From Octopus bimaculoides (taxonomy: Eukaryota): a stretch of 64,000 bases of DNA. The notes under the pieces are model-generated. The model did no database searches and was not told the DNA's origin. It worked only from the letters and a program-made list of their open reading frames with translations. A program made the position numbers and the translations under genes. Location of the stretch: the NCBI RefSeq assembly GCF_001194135.2, contig NC_068984.1, forward strand, positions 106,060,692-106,124,691, read 5' to 3'. Positions 51,000 to 64,000 of the stretch are shown piece after piece. Each line of letters begins with the position of its first letter. Position 1 is the stretch's first letter.

Positions 51000-51540
51000 A
51001 TCCAAAAGTAAAAAGGAAATCTTGATCCTATGAAGAACATTTATTCTCAATTGCCTGGATTAATGCTCCCAGTTATGGTCACCACATAATTTTCAAACTA
51101 ACAGCAGAGCTTGATGCAATCCAACACCACAACATTAAGAAGATTGCTTTGGTACATTAGATAAGCTACAAGGAGAGGCTATAAGTACTGAAGTTCTTCT
51201 TCCTAGATAGATGTGAAAGATGGTCAGTGATAGGGAAGATTCTAGAAGGTCTAGCATGTAACTTTGAGACTGAAAGCTACACTAACCTCCAAAATGAACA
51301 TTACTGCATAATACCAAAGACTAATTCTCTTCACCTACAGTAAGCACCTAATACTGTAAAAGCTTAAGGTTCATGGGTCTACAACTTTTCAAATGCTTCT
51401 TGCCCCCAAAACTTCAGAAATCTACAAGGTGTAGATGTGGATGCATTCACAGAGCAGATACCAGATGAACACACTTCCTTGCAAAAAACATAAAGGGCAG
51501 TTTTGCTCAGCTCAGTACTTCACCAGAACCAAATCCAGAG
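51000..51540 (+). mobile_element. Decayed CR1-like LINE 3' ORF end
   Basis: Remnants of LWSP, ISYKERL..L, GKILEGL, LFKCFLP..LRNLQGVDVDAF and IPDE. Confidence 0.55.
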
Positions 51541-52847
51541 ATAGAGTCAAGGAAGTGAGTTGAAATAACTAGCAATCATACTAATGGTAGTGCCCTGAAA
51601 CTAGTAAAAGCAGAGCAAAATTAATTCTAGTTTTCCAAAACCTAAAATATTTAATTATTAGTGAATGTATTAAAACAAAGACACCTTCCCATAATCTGCA
51701 GAATTTCCTTAGAAAGAATTCTCTGACGTAGTTTATTTTCCCTTTATTTTTTTCAAGTGAATGTAAATGCTTTCAAGAGATCTGGTAACAATTCCCAATC
51801 AATTAAAGGAATTGTCATATGCAAATATTTCTCAGCTGTAACAGATATGAAGCCCTCATATTAATTAGCAAGCAAAATACTTTATTTCATTTCACTTAAT
51901 GTCATTTTTATTAAAACTTTCAAGTATGACCTTCATGTGACAACTCAAGGGCAATTAATTGAGATAACAATCAGAATTAATGAAACACACCACATAAGAG
52001 GTTAGCAATGTGTCATGTGTATTCTACTTTTTTTACAGCAGTTCTGAAAAATGCAACAAATCTATGAATAACTAATGTACTGTTGTCACTTGATAAAGTT
52101 TCAGTTGATGGAGACATTATGAATGAACTATGTAACCATCACAACCAAAAAGGAAGCTTTGTTAAACTGAAAAGTGAAACTGCATTGAAAACTTAAGCTT
52201 TCTCGTAGGTAACCATTATTTTGCAATGGAAGTACAATTTTGATACCAACCCACCTGAGATTACCCCTGGTTCTATGATACAAATGTCCTGATTTAAACT
52301 TTTAGCATGCAGATTACTCAGTCAACTGTAATGCTTACTCAGTAACATTGTTTTCAATTATGCATTATCTCATAGCTTTGAAATTTTGATTATGTGATGA
52401 TTTCTTCTTAAATTGACATTATAGGATAGGAGTGAGAAGCTAGGTCTGGTTGGTTTGAACATAAGACAGATAGAATATTGTAGCCAGTAGGTTTAAGTGT
52501 TAAAGTGACCTAAATTAAAATCTTGTATTAAAATTATAAATTTTCATTCCAAACACCTGCTTAGTAACAACAAGGTTATTTTGATAAATACATCAGGTGA
52601 AATAAAATCAGGTTATTTCAACAGAAATATGGTAAAAAAAGGGTTCTAGGACAGGCTGGTTTGAACATAAAACAGATAGAATATTTTGGCCAGATATTAG
52701 TAGGTTTAAATGTTAAAGTGTTATAGTGACCTAAATTAAAATTTCTTGTAAATTTATGTTCTAAGCATCAGCTTCATAACAATGAAGTTATTTTGTTAAA
52801 TTCGTCAGATGAAACAAAAGCAGGTTATTTCAACAGAAGTATGGTAA

Positions 52848-53079
52848 GGCGGCGAGCTGGCAGAAACATTAGCACACCAGGCGAAATGCTTAGCAGCATT
52901 TCGTCTGCCGCTACGTTCTGAGTTCAAATTCCGCCAAGGTCGACTTTGCCTTTCATCCTTTCGGGGTCGATAAATTAAGTACCAGTTACGTACTGGGATC
53001 GATGTAATCAACTTAATCCGTTTGTCTGTCTTTGTTTGTCCCCTCTATGTTTAGCCCCCTTGTGAGCAATAAAAAAATA
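52848..53079 (+). mobile_element. tRNA-derived SINE family C, full length with 13-bp TSD (other copies 6923-7134, 45.5-46.35 kb, 58605-58820, 61749-61903)
   Basis: A box TGGCAGAAAC, B box GAGTTCAAATTCC; TSD AGAA(G/A)TATGGTAA at 52835-52847 and 53080-53092. Confidence 0.85.
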
Positions 53080-53152
53080 AGAAATATGGTAACAACAGGG
53101 TTAAAGGTTATTGTCAAACAGAAATGAGTATAAATGAAATTGAGAGTTATAC

Positions 53153-53381
53153 CTGCTGGCAAAGTCCTAGTAGATTATTTCCACTGGTTTTATATTTGAC
53201 ATTCCATAAAGAGAGTACGGTGTCAGTGATTAGCATTAACCATTGCTTGTGTTTCATATGAGCAGAACCTGACTCCTCTTCACCAAGTGATGATGAATCT
53301 TGCCCAGATCTGAACTTGTTTACTGCACAAACCACACCAGAGAGTGCCATCACACAATTTGCTTGCATGGTAGGATTGCCT
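53153..53381 (-). CDS. FOCAD: Focadhesin orthologue, internal exon 1 of 8 seen (GNPTMQANCVMALSGVV...LLGLCQQ)
   Basis: Acceptor ttttccttag, donor CAG|gtataa; 229 nt, starts with 1 nt of a split codon and ends in phase 0. Translation resembles human FOCAD SPVVKGNALLALSSLAV...KEWVSMVLDTLL (recalled from memory, BLASTP needed). Confidence 0.88.
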
Positions 53382-53835
53382 CTAAGGAAAAAAAAAAATG
53401 TTAACTTTTTTTGAGAAAAATAAAACAACAAAGTGCCCATTACTCTCTCTTTACTCTTTTACATGTTTCAGTCATTTGACTGTGGCCATGCTGGAGCACC
53501 ACCTTTAGTCGAGCAAATGGACCCTAGGACTTATTCTTTGGATGCCTAGTACTTATTTTATTGGTTTCTTTTGCCGAACCGCTAAGTTACGGGGACGTAA
53601 ACACACCAGCATCGGTTGTCAAGCGATGGTGGGGGGACAAACACAGACACACAAACACACATACATATATATGACAGGCTTCTTTCAGTTTCCATCTACC
53701 AAATCCACTCACAAGGCTATAGTAGAAGACACTTGCCCAAGGTGCCATGCAGTGGGACTGAACCCAGAACCATGTGGTTGGTAAGCAAGCTACTTACCAC
53801 ACAGCCACTGTTTTCAGACATTATCATTATACATC

Positions 53836-54868
53836 TGAGGGTGAAAAGTTCATAGGCTGATTATGAAGAAGTGATGCTAGAGCTGTGAACTCCTGCATGC
53901 ATTAATTTCAACTCTTATTATTATTAACTACATTGTTTCTTTCTAGGTAAACTGACATCTGATTGTTCAAAGAAGACTTTGAAAGTAACTAGTAGTGACT
54001 TCTCTTGAAAATCAATAAAATTTGGAATTGTGGTATTATCAAGTACCTACAGAAAATAGGGGTTTACCTCCCAATGACATTCATGCTGACATATTTGCTA
54101 CACAAGGGGATGATATTCCAGCTTTATCAGCAGTGCTAACATGGGTAGCTGAATTTAAAAGAGGAAGGGAGTCTTGAAGATGGTCCATGGTCTGGACATC
54201 CAGCATCTGTCACCGCCGAAGAAAACATTGATCATGTTCACTACATGGTGATGGATGACAGGTGATTGACTATAAATGAAATAGCCAATGTTATTAGAAT
54301 ATCCTGCAAAAGAGGTGAGAATATTCTGCACAATGATGAAGGTTTCTGCTCACTGGGTGCCACATCATCTGAAATCTGATCAAAAGCACACCAGGCTGAT
54401 CACATCAAACGAAAATCTGACATTGTTTGAGGGAAATCCAGCTTTGGTCTTTTCTTGAGCTTTCACTAACCCAATTTGAAGCAGAGACAAAGAAATAACC
54501 CATGCAGTAGAAACACCCCTCCTCACCTGTTCCAAGCACACAAGTCCTTACTTTCAATGGCTGCAGTGTGTGGCTGTGGCTTTGAACTGGTTGATCAGCC
54601 TCCCTATCTGACTACCATCTGTTCCCCAACATGAATAAATGTTTGGTTGGGAATCAGTATTACAATGGTGATGACATATATGCTGCTGATGACATTTTGA
54701 CCAACAGGATGAAAGTTTCTTCACCAATGGGATCCAAGCACTGCAATACTGATGGCAGAAATGTGTGAACTGTACGGAGGGGGGGGGATATATTGAAAAA
54801 TAAACCTAATTTGATCCCATTCCACGAGAGCACCTTGGTCAGCCTATGAACTTTTCAGCTGACCCTTG
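53836..54868 (+). mobile_element. Internally deleted mariner (DD34D-type) element
   Basis: TIR core GAAAAGTTCATAGGCTGA at both ends, TA on the right. Decayed EFKRGR...SG.P, IS..R..ILH and KVSAxWVP motifs. Confidence 0.8.
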
Positions 54869-55125
54869 TAATGCCTGAATGTTTTCATTTTTACATTAGC
54901 GGGCACACAACCGTTAGAAAATTCTGTCATCTCCTGCCTCGTTTATTCACAACTGTTAGTTCATATGCCTTTCCTTGTCTCATATACAAGTTCTAAATTT
55001 CTCGTCTTAATACAAGTAAACAAATTCAAGTAAACACTAACTGCTTTATATTTAGATGGAAAATAGGAATATACAAAATTCTCAGCGGTAGGGATGTAGT
55101 TCCAGTGAAGAAGAATATTGGCAAA

Positions 55126-55310
55126 AAGTTACTATTATAGAAGTGATATAATATATTTGTGCATAAGTAGTGCACATTTGTTGCACTTCAACAATCACTA
55201 TTATAGAATAAAATATATTTGTGTATAAGTGGTGCTCGTTTGTTGCATTGCAGCAAAGTCACTATTAAAAAAGTAATAAAATATATTTGTGCATAAGTGG
55301 TGCACATTAG
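55126..55310. repeat. Minisatellite, 3 copies of a ~60-68 bp unit
   Basis: Core aatatatttgtgcataagtggtgcacatt repeated three times. Confidence 0.8.
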
Positions 55311-56030
55311 TTTTACTTGAATACTAATAATTTCTAAGACAGATATAAACTTAGACATTATGAGAAAGAATAATAATAGTTGATAATACTGACCTCAGTA
55401 GTTAACTGGTGCTTAATGTATTGACCCCAAAAGAAAAGATATGAACTAAGATTGTAATGAGCAGCTAAAATGCATTGTGGCTACCATTTTATCCATTTTG
55501 CCAATCTAACAATATTGGACTAACAAATGATGAAATAAATTACTGGGACAATTGATTGATTAGATTGACTGCTTGCATGTGCACACACACACACACACAC
55601 ACATACATACACACACACAAAATGTGTGCAACAATGAAAAGTAGTGGTTTAACAGTTGAATTTGATAAGCAAATTCAATCAGACTGGCATCAGAATTTTT
55701 GATAACTTAGGAGTAGTACTACTATGGCAAAGTTATAACATATAAGAGACATCATAAAATTTACAATGCAAAACTGGAGGAATGGAATTAGAAATGAAAG
55801 TAAGTAGGCTGAGGTTGTCTGATCTAAGAAAATCAAACAGAAGTTGAAGAGTATAAAGAGTGGTATTTGGAAGGAATTACAATACTTGACAAAATGTATG
55901 ATACTTAGTAGAAATAAATGGCACTTGGAAGAAAATGAGGTATTTGGAAGAAAATAAATGAAAGGGCGCTGAAAAGTTCCTGGCTTTGGATAAAAGAAAA
56001 TACAGGAGGACCAGTTAATTATGATTTTAA

Positions 56031-56250
56031 CCCTTTAGTGTTTAAACCGGCTGTATCCGGCCCAAATATTCTACCCATTTTATGCTCAAACTGGCCAGAA
56101 CCAGCATCTCACACCTACCCTGCAATGTCATTCTAAAAATAAGCAATTACATCTTTCCTATCTTGAAGCTACAAAATAATATCAGATATATTTTTTTTAA
56201 TGTGAATAAATAAGGATTACTTTTGACAAATTAATCTGAACGCTAAAGGG
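56031..56250. mobile_element. piggyBac-type MITE (TTAA target) nested in a mariner MITE
   Basis: TTAA|CCCTTTAG...CTAAAGGG|TTAA. Confidence 0.75.
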
Positions 56251-56498
56251 TTAATCAACATATTTCCCTCTCAGATTCACACACTTGGGCCCCCAGCAAG
56301 ACCTTTTGCAATACCCTTAAAGTCAGAAACTTTTCAGCACTCCCATATAGTATTTGTGAAAAGAGTTGTACTTCTGAAAAAACACAGTACCTTAGAGAAT
56401 GTGTGGAATCTGGGAGAATGAATTTAACTACTGAGATAAAAGTAAATAACAGAGTGATGAAATTGTATTAATTCATTTAAATACTTGCATTCCTACAT

Positions 56499-57129
56499 GC
56501 ATTATCTTCTTAAATTCATTCCTCCCACTTCTTTCTTTCCAACCAAACTACCAGATGTCCTTGTCCATCATTGGCCATAATGAGCATCCGTTCTTCCTTG
56601 GTTGCATCCTTCTCTTCCATTTGGACCTAAATTGTTTGATTATGTTGTCTTTACATCACCTCAGGCATCTTTCAAGTAATGTCTTCTAATCTTTTCAATA
56701 TCACTGAACAACTGCAAAAATCTACCTGTTGTCTGCTGCTACAAAGAAGGAAAAACAGTGACTGGTCATGACACAAATAGCTACGGAAAAATCCATGCTA
56801 GGAATATCATTGTGGAGTATAGCCAAAATATGATAATTTGAGATTGGACTGGAGTGAATAATGTAATTATAGAATACCAAAAGTACAGGCCACAGACAAC
56901 AAGTAGAGTTTTGCAGTTGTTGAGTGATATTCAAAAGATTAGAAGAGACTATTTGAAAGATGCCTGAGGTGATGGGAAGACGACATAATCAAACAATTTA
57001 GGTCCAAATGGAAGAGAAGGATGCAACCAAGGAAGAACGGATGCTCATTATGGCCAATGTTGTACAAGGACATCTGGTAGTTTGGTTGGAAAGAAAGAAG
57101 TGGAAGGAATGAATTTAAGAAGATAATGC
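56499..57129. repeat. 237-bp inverted repeat derived from an RTE-like 3' end
   Basis: Arms 56499-56735 and 56893-57129; the right arm reads WEDDIIKQF...W.R, an RTE C-terminal motif. Confidence 0.9.
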
Positions 57130-57961
57130 CAGTAAATAGAAGCTGAAGTCATCATCATCATCATTTAACGTCTGCTTTCCATGCTAGCATGGGTTGGATG
57201 ATTTGACTGAGGACTGGTGAAACCAGATGGCTCCACCAGGCCCCAATCTGATTTGGCAAAGTTTCTACAGCTGGATGCCCTTCCTAACGCCAACCACTCC
57301 GAGAGTGTAGTGGGTGCTTTTACGTGCCACCGGCATGAAGGCCAGTCAGGCGGTACTGGCAACGGCCACGCTCAAAATGGTGTATTTTATGTGCTACCTG
57401 CATTGGAGCCAGTTTGGCGGCACTGGCAACGATCTCGCTCGAATGTCTTTACACATGCCATCTGGCACAAGTGCCAGGAAGGCGATACTGGGCAAGTAAC
57501 TTTGGCAAAAACATCCCCACCAAAAAACAAAAGAAACATGAAGAGAACTAATATCGGTTAAAAAGTAATTTATTTAAACTGCAGTGTTCAGCCATTTCAG
57601 CTGAAGTATGAAGCAACATAATTAGGTAAGTAACTCATAAATGTCTGGACTTTTACAATCCACTAGGCTAGTATTTATCTATAGTTTCAATGGTGTTATA
57701 TGTTTGAGACACAAATGTATCTGTGGACAGGTGACCAGAATTAAACTTAGCCAATGGATCACTAATCTGGCTGTAAGTAGCAGCAGGCTGTTCATACTCT
57801 GTAGTATATTTTTTACTAGGCTGTTAGAAAGTTAAGTGTCTTATTTACTGCAGCAGATTTTCAATACCCAGACTCTAAATTAGTAAATGTGGGAGGAGCT
57901 TCAGGAAGAGAAGGATCAGTAAATTGTTTATCTGACTAATCATTCTTCAAAACAAGGTCAA

Positions 57962-58011
<50 letters not shown>

Positions 58012-58869
58012 AATCATGTTAAAGAACTCTTGAACATGATCAAAGAAATAGGTATTTAATAAAACAATCAATGCTAAAGTTTCAGCATCATGAAACAAAT
58101 ACAAAAACAGCTAAAAACATTTATTTAATAGTTTCTCTTTAATTCCTAGAAGCCTGGAGAGAAAATTGTAGAGACAGTTTTAGAAGTAATACAAAATATT
58201 AGTGTTTATTAATCTGGTTCTTCTTTTTGTTTTGCCTCATTAGATACAAATGCATGACAATATTTGTCTGGAATTTAATTCTTACAGAAACAAGTGTGTT
58301 AATATGTTTTCAGTTGTGGTAATTAGCCTTATTAACAAATGAGAATTTCAATGCTTGTTTATAGTTTTGAAATTTATTTTCTCTTCATTAAATTTTGAAA
58401 TATTCTCACAAGCTGTCTCCTATGTGCTTAACTAATTCATAGATACAACAAATGACTAATTAATTAAATACTCATAATTAAAACATCATGTTTATTTTTA
58501 GCTTTGTTTTTGTTTTCCATGTCATGTATTTATGAACAATAGCGTCGTTGGTTGTAAACTTCTAACAGACCAATCACTGTATAATTACTTTTCTTATTTC
58601 TTTATTGCTCACAAGGGGCTAAACATAGAGGGGACAAACAAGGACAGACAAAGGAATTAAGCTGATTACATTGACCCCAGTGCGTAACTGGTACTTTATT
58701 TATCAACCCCAAAAGTATGAAAGTTGACCTTGGCGGAATTTGAAATCAGAACATAACGGCAGATGAAATACTGCTAAGCAATTCACCCGGCGTGCTAACG
58801 TTTCTGCCAGCTCACCGCCTGTGTAATTACTTTTCTGATGATAAATGTGATAAGTAGTGCTTGTGTATT

Positions 58870-59840
58870 CAACTTTTGGTAACACATTTTTATTGACTGA
58901 GATGTCTCAGGTAGTTTGTTCCAGTTTCTGTTAGACAAGTGCAAAAAGCTACTCACTAGAGTGTAAGTCTTGGATTCAGGTATTGGAAAGCAACATATAA
59001 GTATTGGTAGGTGGTGAACTGACAAAATCATTAAAACGTAGGGCAAAATGCTTAGCAGTATTTCATCCATCTTTACATTCTGAGTTCAACCAAGGCTGAT
59101 TTGCCTTTCACTCTACCAGGGTTGACAAAATAATAAGTACCAGTTGAGCACTGGGGCCAATGTAATTGACATACCCCCTCTCCTGAAATTGCTGGCCCTG
59201 GGCCAAAATTTGAAATCAATATATAGATACTAGTCTTTATAAAAGGTGTTTTCTATACTATGGTGATAGTATTACAAACAGGCTGTGGCTTAAGAGAAGT
59301 TTGTAGAGAACTGTTAGAGAACTGTTCAATATGTTGTAAACCAATGATGGCATTTTTCACAGCATTATTTCCATTAATCCCCATAAGAGCAAGCATGCAG
59401 ATTACAGTGAGTTGGTTGATCATGCTTTGTGAGGTAATTTGTTCAGGAGACAGGAGTACTTCAGAACACTTTGGATGTGGGTTTTGTAAATGATGGCTCT
59501 TCCTTCTCAGTACAATTTTTCATGGTGCTACGAGTCCCTGTAAAGTTGCCAATACCAGTCTGCTAACAATGGTGATACTTAGGAGCTCAAGTTGCTTATT
59601 GATAGGTAGCAGGCAATTCCCAAAATATAACGCAAGGTTTGATGAGTTTCTTTTCTTTAACAGAACTATTGATTTATATTTTAATGGCTCATATCAAACT
59701 TTCCTAACATCTGTCTAGGCTTTCATCCTGGTAATATCCCTAAGTTAGCTGCTGAAACATTGCTTTCTTCTACTGAATTCATTGTCGCAAACAATGCAGC
59801 ATCTTCAGCATAGAGGTACAGCTTATGTCCTTTGTTCAGC
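58870..59840 (-). mobile_element. Decayed CR1/L2-like LINE, interrupted by a SINE
   Basis: LYLYAEDA (YADD), IYKTHIQSVLKYS and SSFL...RNWNKLP. Confidence 0.55.
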
Positions 59841-60152
59841 AGGAAAGTGTAGCAAAAATACAATGAAAAATTACAAGCAAATACAAAACTAAAATATTTA
59901 TATTCTTCCCTCTGCTCCTTTATTCATTTCATCTTCATAATATTCATGCCCACTTTTCTATGCTAGCATGGGTTGGATGGAATTTGTTGAGGCAGATTTT
60001 CTCTGGCTGGATGCTCTTTCTGTTGCTAACCTTCATCTATTTCCAAGTAAGGTAATATTGCTCCCTGGTTTGACATGTTTTCCCAAAAGATTGGAAATGA
60101 ATGATACTGATTGAATGACAGTGACACTCGTTTACAATCATCATATAATTTC

Positions 60153-60190
<38 letters not shown>

Positions 60191-60652
60191 CACCCACACA
60201 CATGTACACACGTATATAAACACACACACACATATGAAGGCGATTCTTTCAATCTCCTTGTACCAAATCCAGCAACAATGTTTCAGTCAGTCTGAAGTTA
60301 TAGCAGAAGGCACTTGCTCAAGGTGCCATGCAGGCAGACTGAACTTGAAACCATATAGTTGTGAAGTAAACTGGTCAACCACATAACTATACTTGTGCCT
60401 CTTTAAAATTACTAAAAAGAAAAAAAAAGAAAAAGATAATTGAATTTTTAAAATGTTTTTATTTGATCATGGGAGTATATTTATCCCTGTGGATAAAAAC
60501 AGAAGAAATAATGATATGCTAAAAGAGAAAAGAGGAAATTACCTGAAGTAGAATATAAAACCAATTAAATAATATTCCAATCAGGTATAAATAACAAACT
60601 CCAGATTCTCCTCCATCCATTTTACACTATTCATACACATACACAGGTTTAA

Positions 60653-60869
60653 CCCTATAACGTTTAATCTGGCCATACCTGGTGAAAATATTCTGATGTT
60701 TTATGTTAAAATTGACCTAATCCAATCTCTCGTACCTTCTCTACAATGTCATTCTAAGTATATATAAATACATCATTGAAATCTTGAAGCTACAAAATAA
60801 TGCGTGATTAACTTAAAACAATCCGAATAAATAGGCAATACATTTGACAAACATTTGAATACTAAAGGG
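60653..60869. mobile_element. Second copy of the piggyBac-type MITE
   Basis: TTAA|CCCTAT...CTAAAGGG|TTAA; internal sequence resembles 56031-56250. Confidence 0.65.
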
Positions 60870-63366
60870 TTAATACCATCTCAGTTTTCATATTTCTGAA
60901 CAACATCTGTTAGGTTTAATTCTTGACTCCTTCACTGGGAAGTTAAATTTTATGGTTATTGCATGTGTAGGCAAGAAATTTGCTTCCTAACCACATGGGT
61001 TTGGTGTTGAATCCCACTGCATGGTAACTTGAGTAGGTAACTTCTACTATAGCTTCAGGCTCACCAAATCCATGTGAGAAGATTTGGTCGACGGAAACTG
61101 ACAGGAGCCCATCATACATGTGTGTCTGTGTGTCTGTGTGTGTCTGTGTGTGTCTGTGTAGTGTAAGGTTGAACACGTATACTATTATATTTCCTTGGTT
61201 GTGTCAGACAATTCTAATAGATGGTGTCATTTCTCGTATTAACAATTTAATTACAATACTAGTTTGGGATGAATACTTTCCAATATTTAATATAATCGAA
61301 TAATGCAACTTGATGACACGATAGCATGTACAACTAACAATACATATATTGATACAGCAACACACACACACACATTCATACACATACACATACATATACA
61401 CGCATATGCATATACAGATACATGTTTTATTATATGAATAAATATATAGGTATATTTGTGCGTGTGTCCGTGTGTGTGCATATATGTGTGTGCCTGTGTG
61501 CATGTGTGTGTGAGTAAATGTGCGGCCGCTTGTGGAATGCTTGGGTATTTTGGTATTTGTATGCATAAACATTAATAATTGCGTGAGTTTAAATATATAA
61601 GATGATTATATTCGTCTCAACGGAAATTTGCCTCAATATAGTACCACANNNNNNNNNNNNNNNNNNNNNNNNNNNNNNNNNNNNNNNNNNNNNNNNNNNN
61701 NNNNNNNNNNNNNNNNNNNNNNNNNNNNNNNNNNNNNNNNNNNNNNNNGACCCCAGTATGCAACTGGCACTTAATTTATTGACCCTGAAAGGATGAAAAG
61801 CAAAGTCGGTCTCAGTGGAATTTGAACTCAGAATGTAAAGACAGACGAAATACCGCTAAGCATTTTGTCTGGCGTGCTAATGATTCTACCAGCTTGCCGC
61901 CTTAGATTCCAGTAATAATGTTAAATATCTACTAGAGAATACAATTGGTATTTTCTCGAAGTCATACTGCCTCAATAAACTTGACATATCTCAACCAAAG
62001 ATAGTTTTAAACATGACATTCCTCAACAAATGACAGATTGGCATAAAAAAGAAAAACATGAAAACAAAAAAAAAATAACTGAGTAATGAAATTTTGAATG
62101 GATATATCTGATTTCACAACAAAAGTGTTAATTTGATTTCTCAGCTAATTTGAAGTTTGTTAGACTTTCACACTATACAAACTTTGGATTCTTCTAACAT
62201 TAATTTTCATAGGCAAAGCCAATTAGAACAGTGTGGAACTATGCATAGAAATACCTAATGCTAAAAACATATAATAGTTACATGTTATACCATTTAAGTA
62301 CCTTTGAAAAGATATAACTATCACAACTAATGGGGGAAATTTTTGTTATTACTAAGCTTTCGAGTAGTTTTCAGCAATGCAGATGGAGCCAAGCACACTG
62401 TAATATAACAAACACACACACACACAAGGCACAAACATGAATATACATATATAATATGCAGTCACATATACATGAAGATACATGCATGTGGATCTACAGG
62501 AAATGTATATACATATGATGATGATAATAAATTCTGATTGAGTCAGAAGGCCAGTAATTTTGAAGAATGGCAGCAAGTGTAGTACATTGACCCTCCAATA
62601 CTTGACTGATATGCTATTTTATTGAACCTGAAAGGATGAAAGGCAAAGTTGTCCAAATAATCATTTCAAACATGAGCACAAGGCTTATAGAAATTATTAG
62701 TGGAAGAGTGAGTCAATGAAATCAATTCCAAGTGTATGCCTGGTAATATATATTATTGACACCATAAGATTTACCTTTGTTGAGATTTGAACACAGAACA
62801 TATAAAAGTAAAACAGACACTATAAAATGCTTTGTTTGATAGAACCACTAATATTGTCTGGATAACAAACAAAACAACAATGAAAACAAAAATGAAAATA
62901 AACCGGAGAAACTCCGTTGATATTAATTTCCATGATTCTGCTATCCTGAATGTTATGACAGAATATTCATTTGTTTCTTATATTCTTACAGAGTACTCAC
63001 TTGCTTCTTTTATTCAGAATATTCTATTTCCTTTTGTTTAGCATTCAAAATGAGACATGGGCAACGTTAACAGAAGAATCCACAATTTACTGTTTAAAAT
63101 CGTGATACCAAAAAAACAAAAACAAAAAAAAACAACAACAACAACAACACAACAGAGTTTCTACAATTCTCTGGCAAATATCCAAGTAATATTCTATAAA
63201 TTATATTCTTTAAATAACTGATTGTCTGATAAGGATAAATCATTATCTTCTAAGAAGAAGCCATTTTTACCACACATCACTGCTTAACTCTTTTGTCACA
63301 CATACATATGTAATCTGAATTGGTTAACACACTAATGCTAATATATGTGTGTGTATACACACAGAA

Positions 63367-63397
<31 letters not shown>

Positions 63398-63499
63398 TAT
63401 ATATATGACTAGCGCCTGGTGCAGCCTTCCAGTGTGCCAACCTATGCCAGCATGGACAATGGACGCTAAATGTTAATGATGATGATGATGATGATGATG

Positions 63500-63535
<36 letters not shown>

Positions 63536-64000
63536 CAAACAAGGTCAGTTTACATATGTTCAGGACATGTTTGACCCTATAAAGGCTTTTCACTGCAGTT
63601 TTCCATGGAGAAAAAATTCTTGCTATAAATAAAAAGGTGTTTGAATCCTAGAGCCAGCTCAGAGTCAATGTGTGTAATCAGTAATTAATATTTACTGATT
63701 TTTCATAAAGAAAGTAAAGTTTTGAAGTTAGCTAAGAGTTGCCACTCTTGGTATCTGGTACTGAAGGGAGCTAAAGTGCAAGAAATACATCTTATGAGTC
63801 CATAGAGAATGCTGAGCTGGTTATAGCGTTCTAATACTTTTTTGCCTTAAGTGCAATTCTCTCTGCAAAACTACAGTGAAAAGCCTTTAAAGATCTATAT
63901 ACATTCCCCAAATATCTGAACTTATCTAAAGTTCTGTCACTGCTTTGCACATCAACCCATTCATTTAATGTTCCTTTTTTGATGCTTGCATGGGTCAAAC

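Noticed and set aside
55126-55310. Repeat array as a possible CRISPR
   Set aside because: Eukaryotic context, whole units are similar with no unique spacers, and no cas genes; an ordinary minisatellite.

Overview
AT-rich, repeat-dense animal genomic scaffold with N gaps. The SINE families and (CAT)n-tailed RTE ends match what I recall from Octopus, so a coleoid cephalopod is likely; this is inference, not a database result. The ORF track is almost all noise. The one host gene is on the minus strand: eight phase-consistent GT-AG exons (53381 down to 1366) encoding the middle part of a focadhesin (FOCAD/KIAA1797) orthologue, with introns up to 18 kb. The introns hold a decayed autonomous Helitron (Rep HUH and PIF1 helicase motifs), Tc1, mariner and maT remnants, piggyBac- and mariner-type MITEs, RTE and CR1/L2 LINE fragments, and several tRNA-derived SINE families. 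The most notable signal is absent from the ORF track: about ten minimal type I hammerhead ribozyme motifs from at least five unrelated sequence families, mostly with a palindromic mini stem III of the Penelope-associated kind. They include (i) a near-canonical GUC hammerhead inside a 353-bp unit bounded by 20-bp direct repeats (retrozyme-like), lying sense to the FOCAD pre-mRNA, and (ii) a tRNA-headed SINE carrying a hammerhead, whose three loci all show inverted duplication. Several long fold-back repeats are also present. Ribozyme activity is predicted from structure only.
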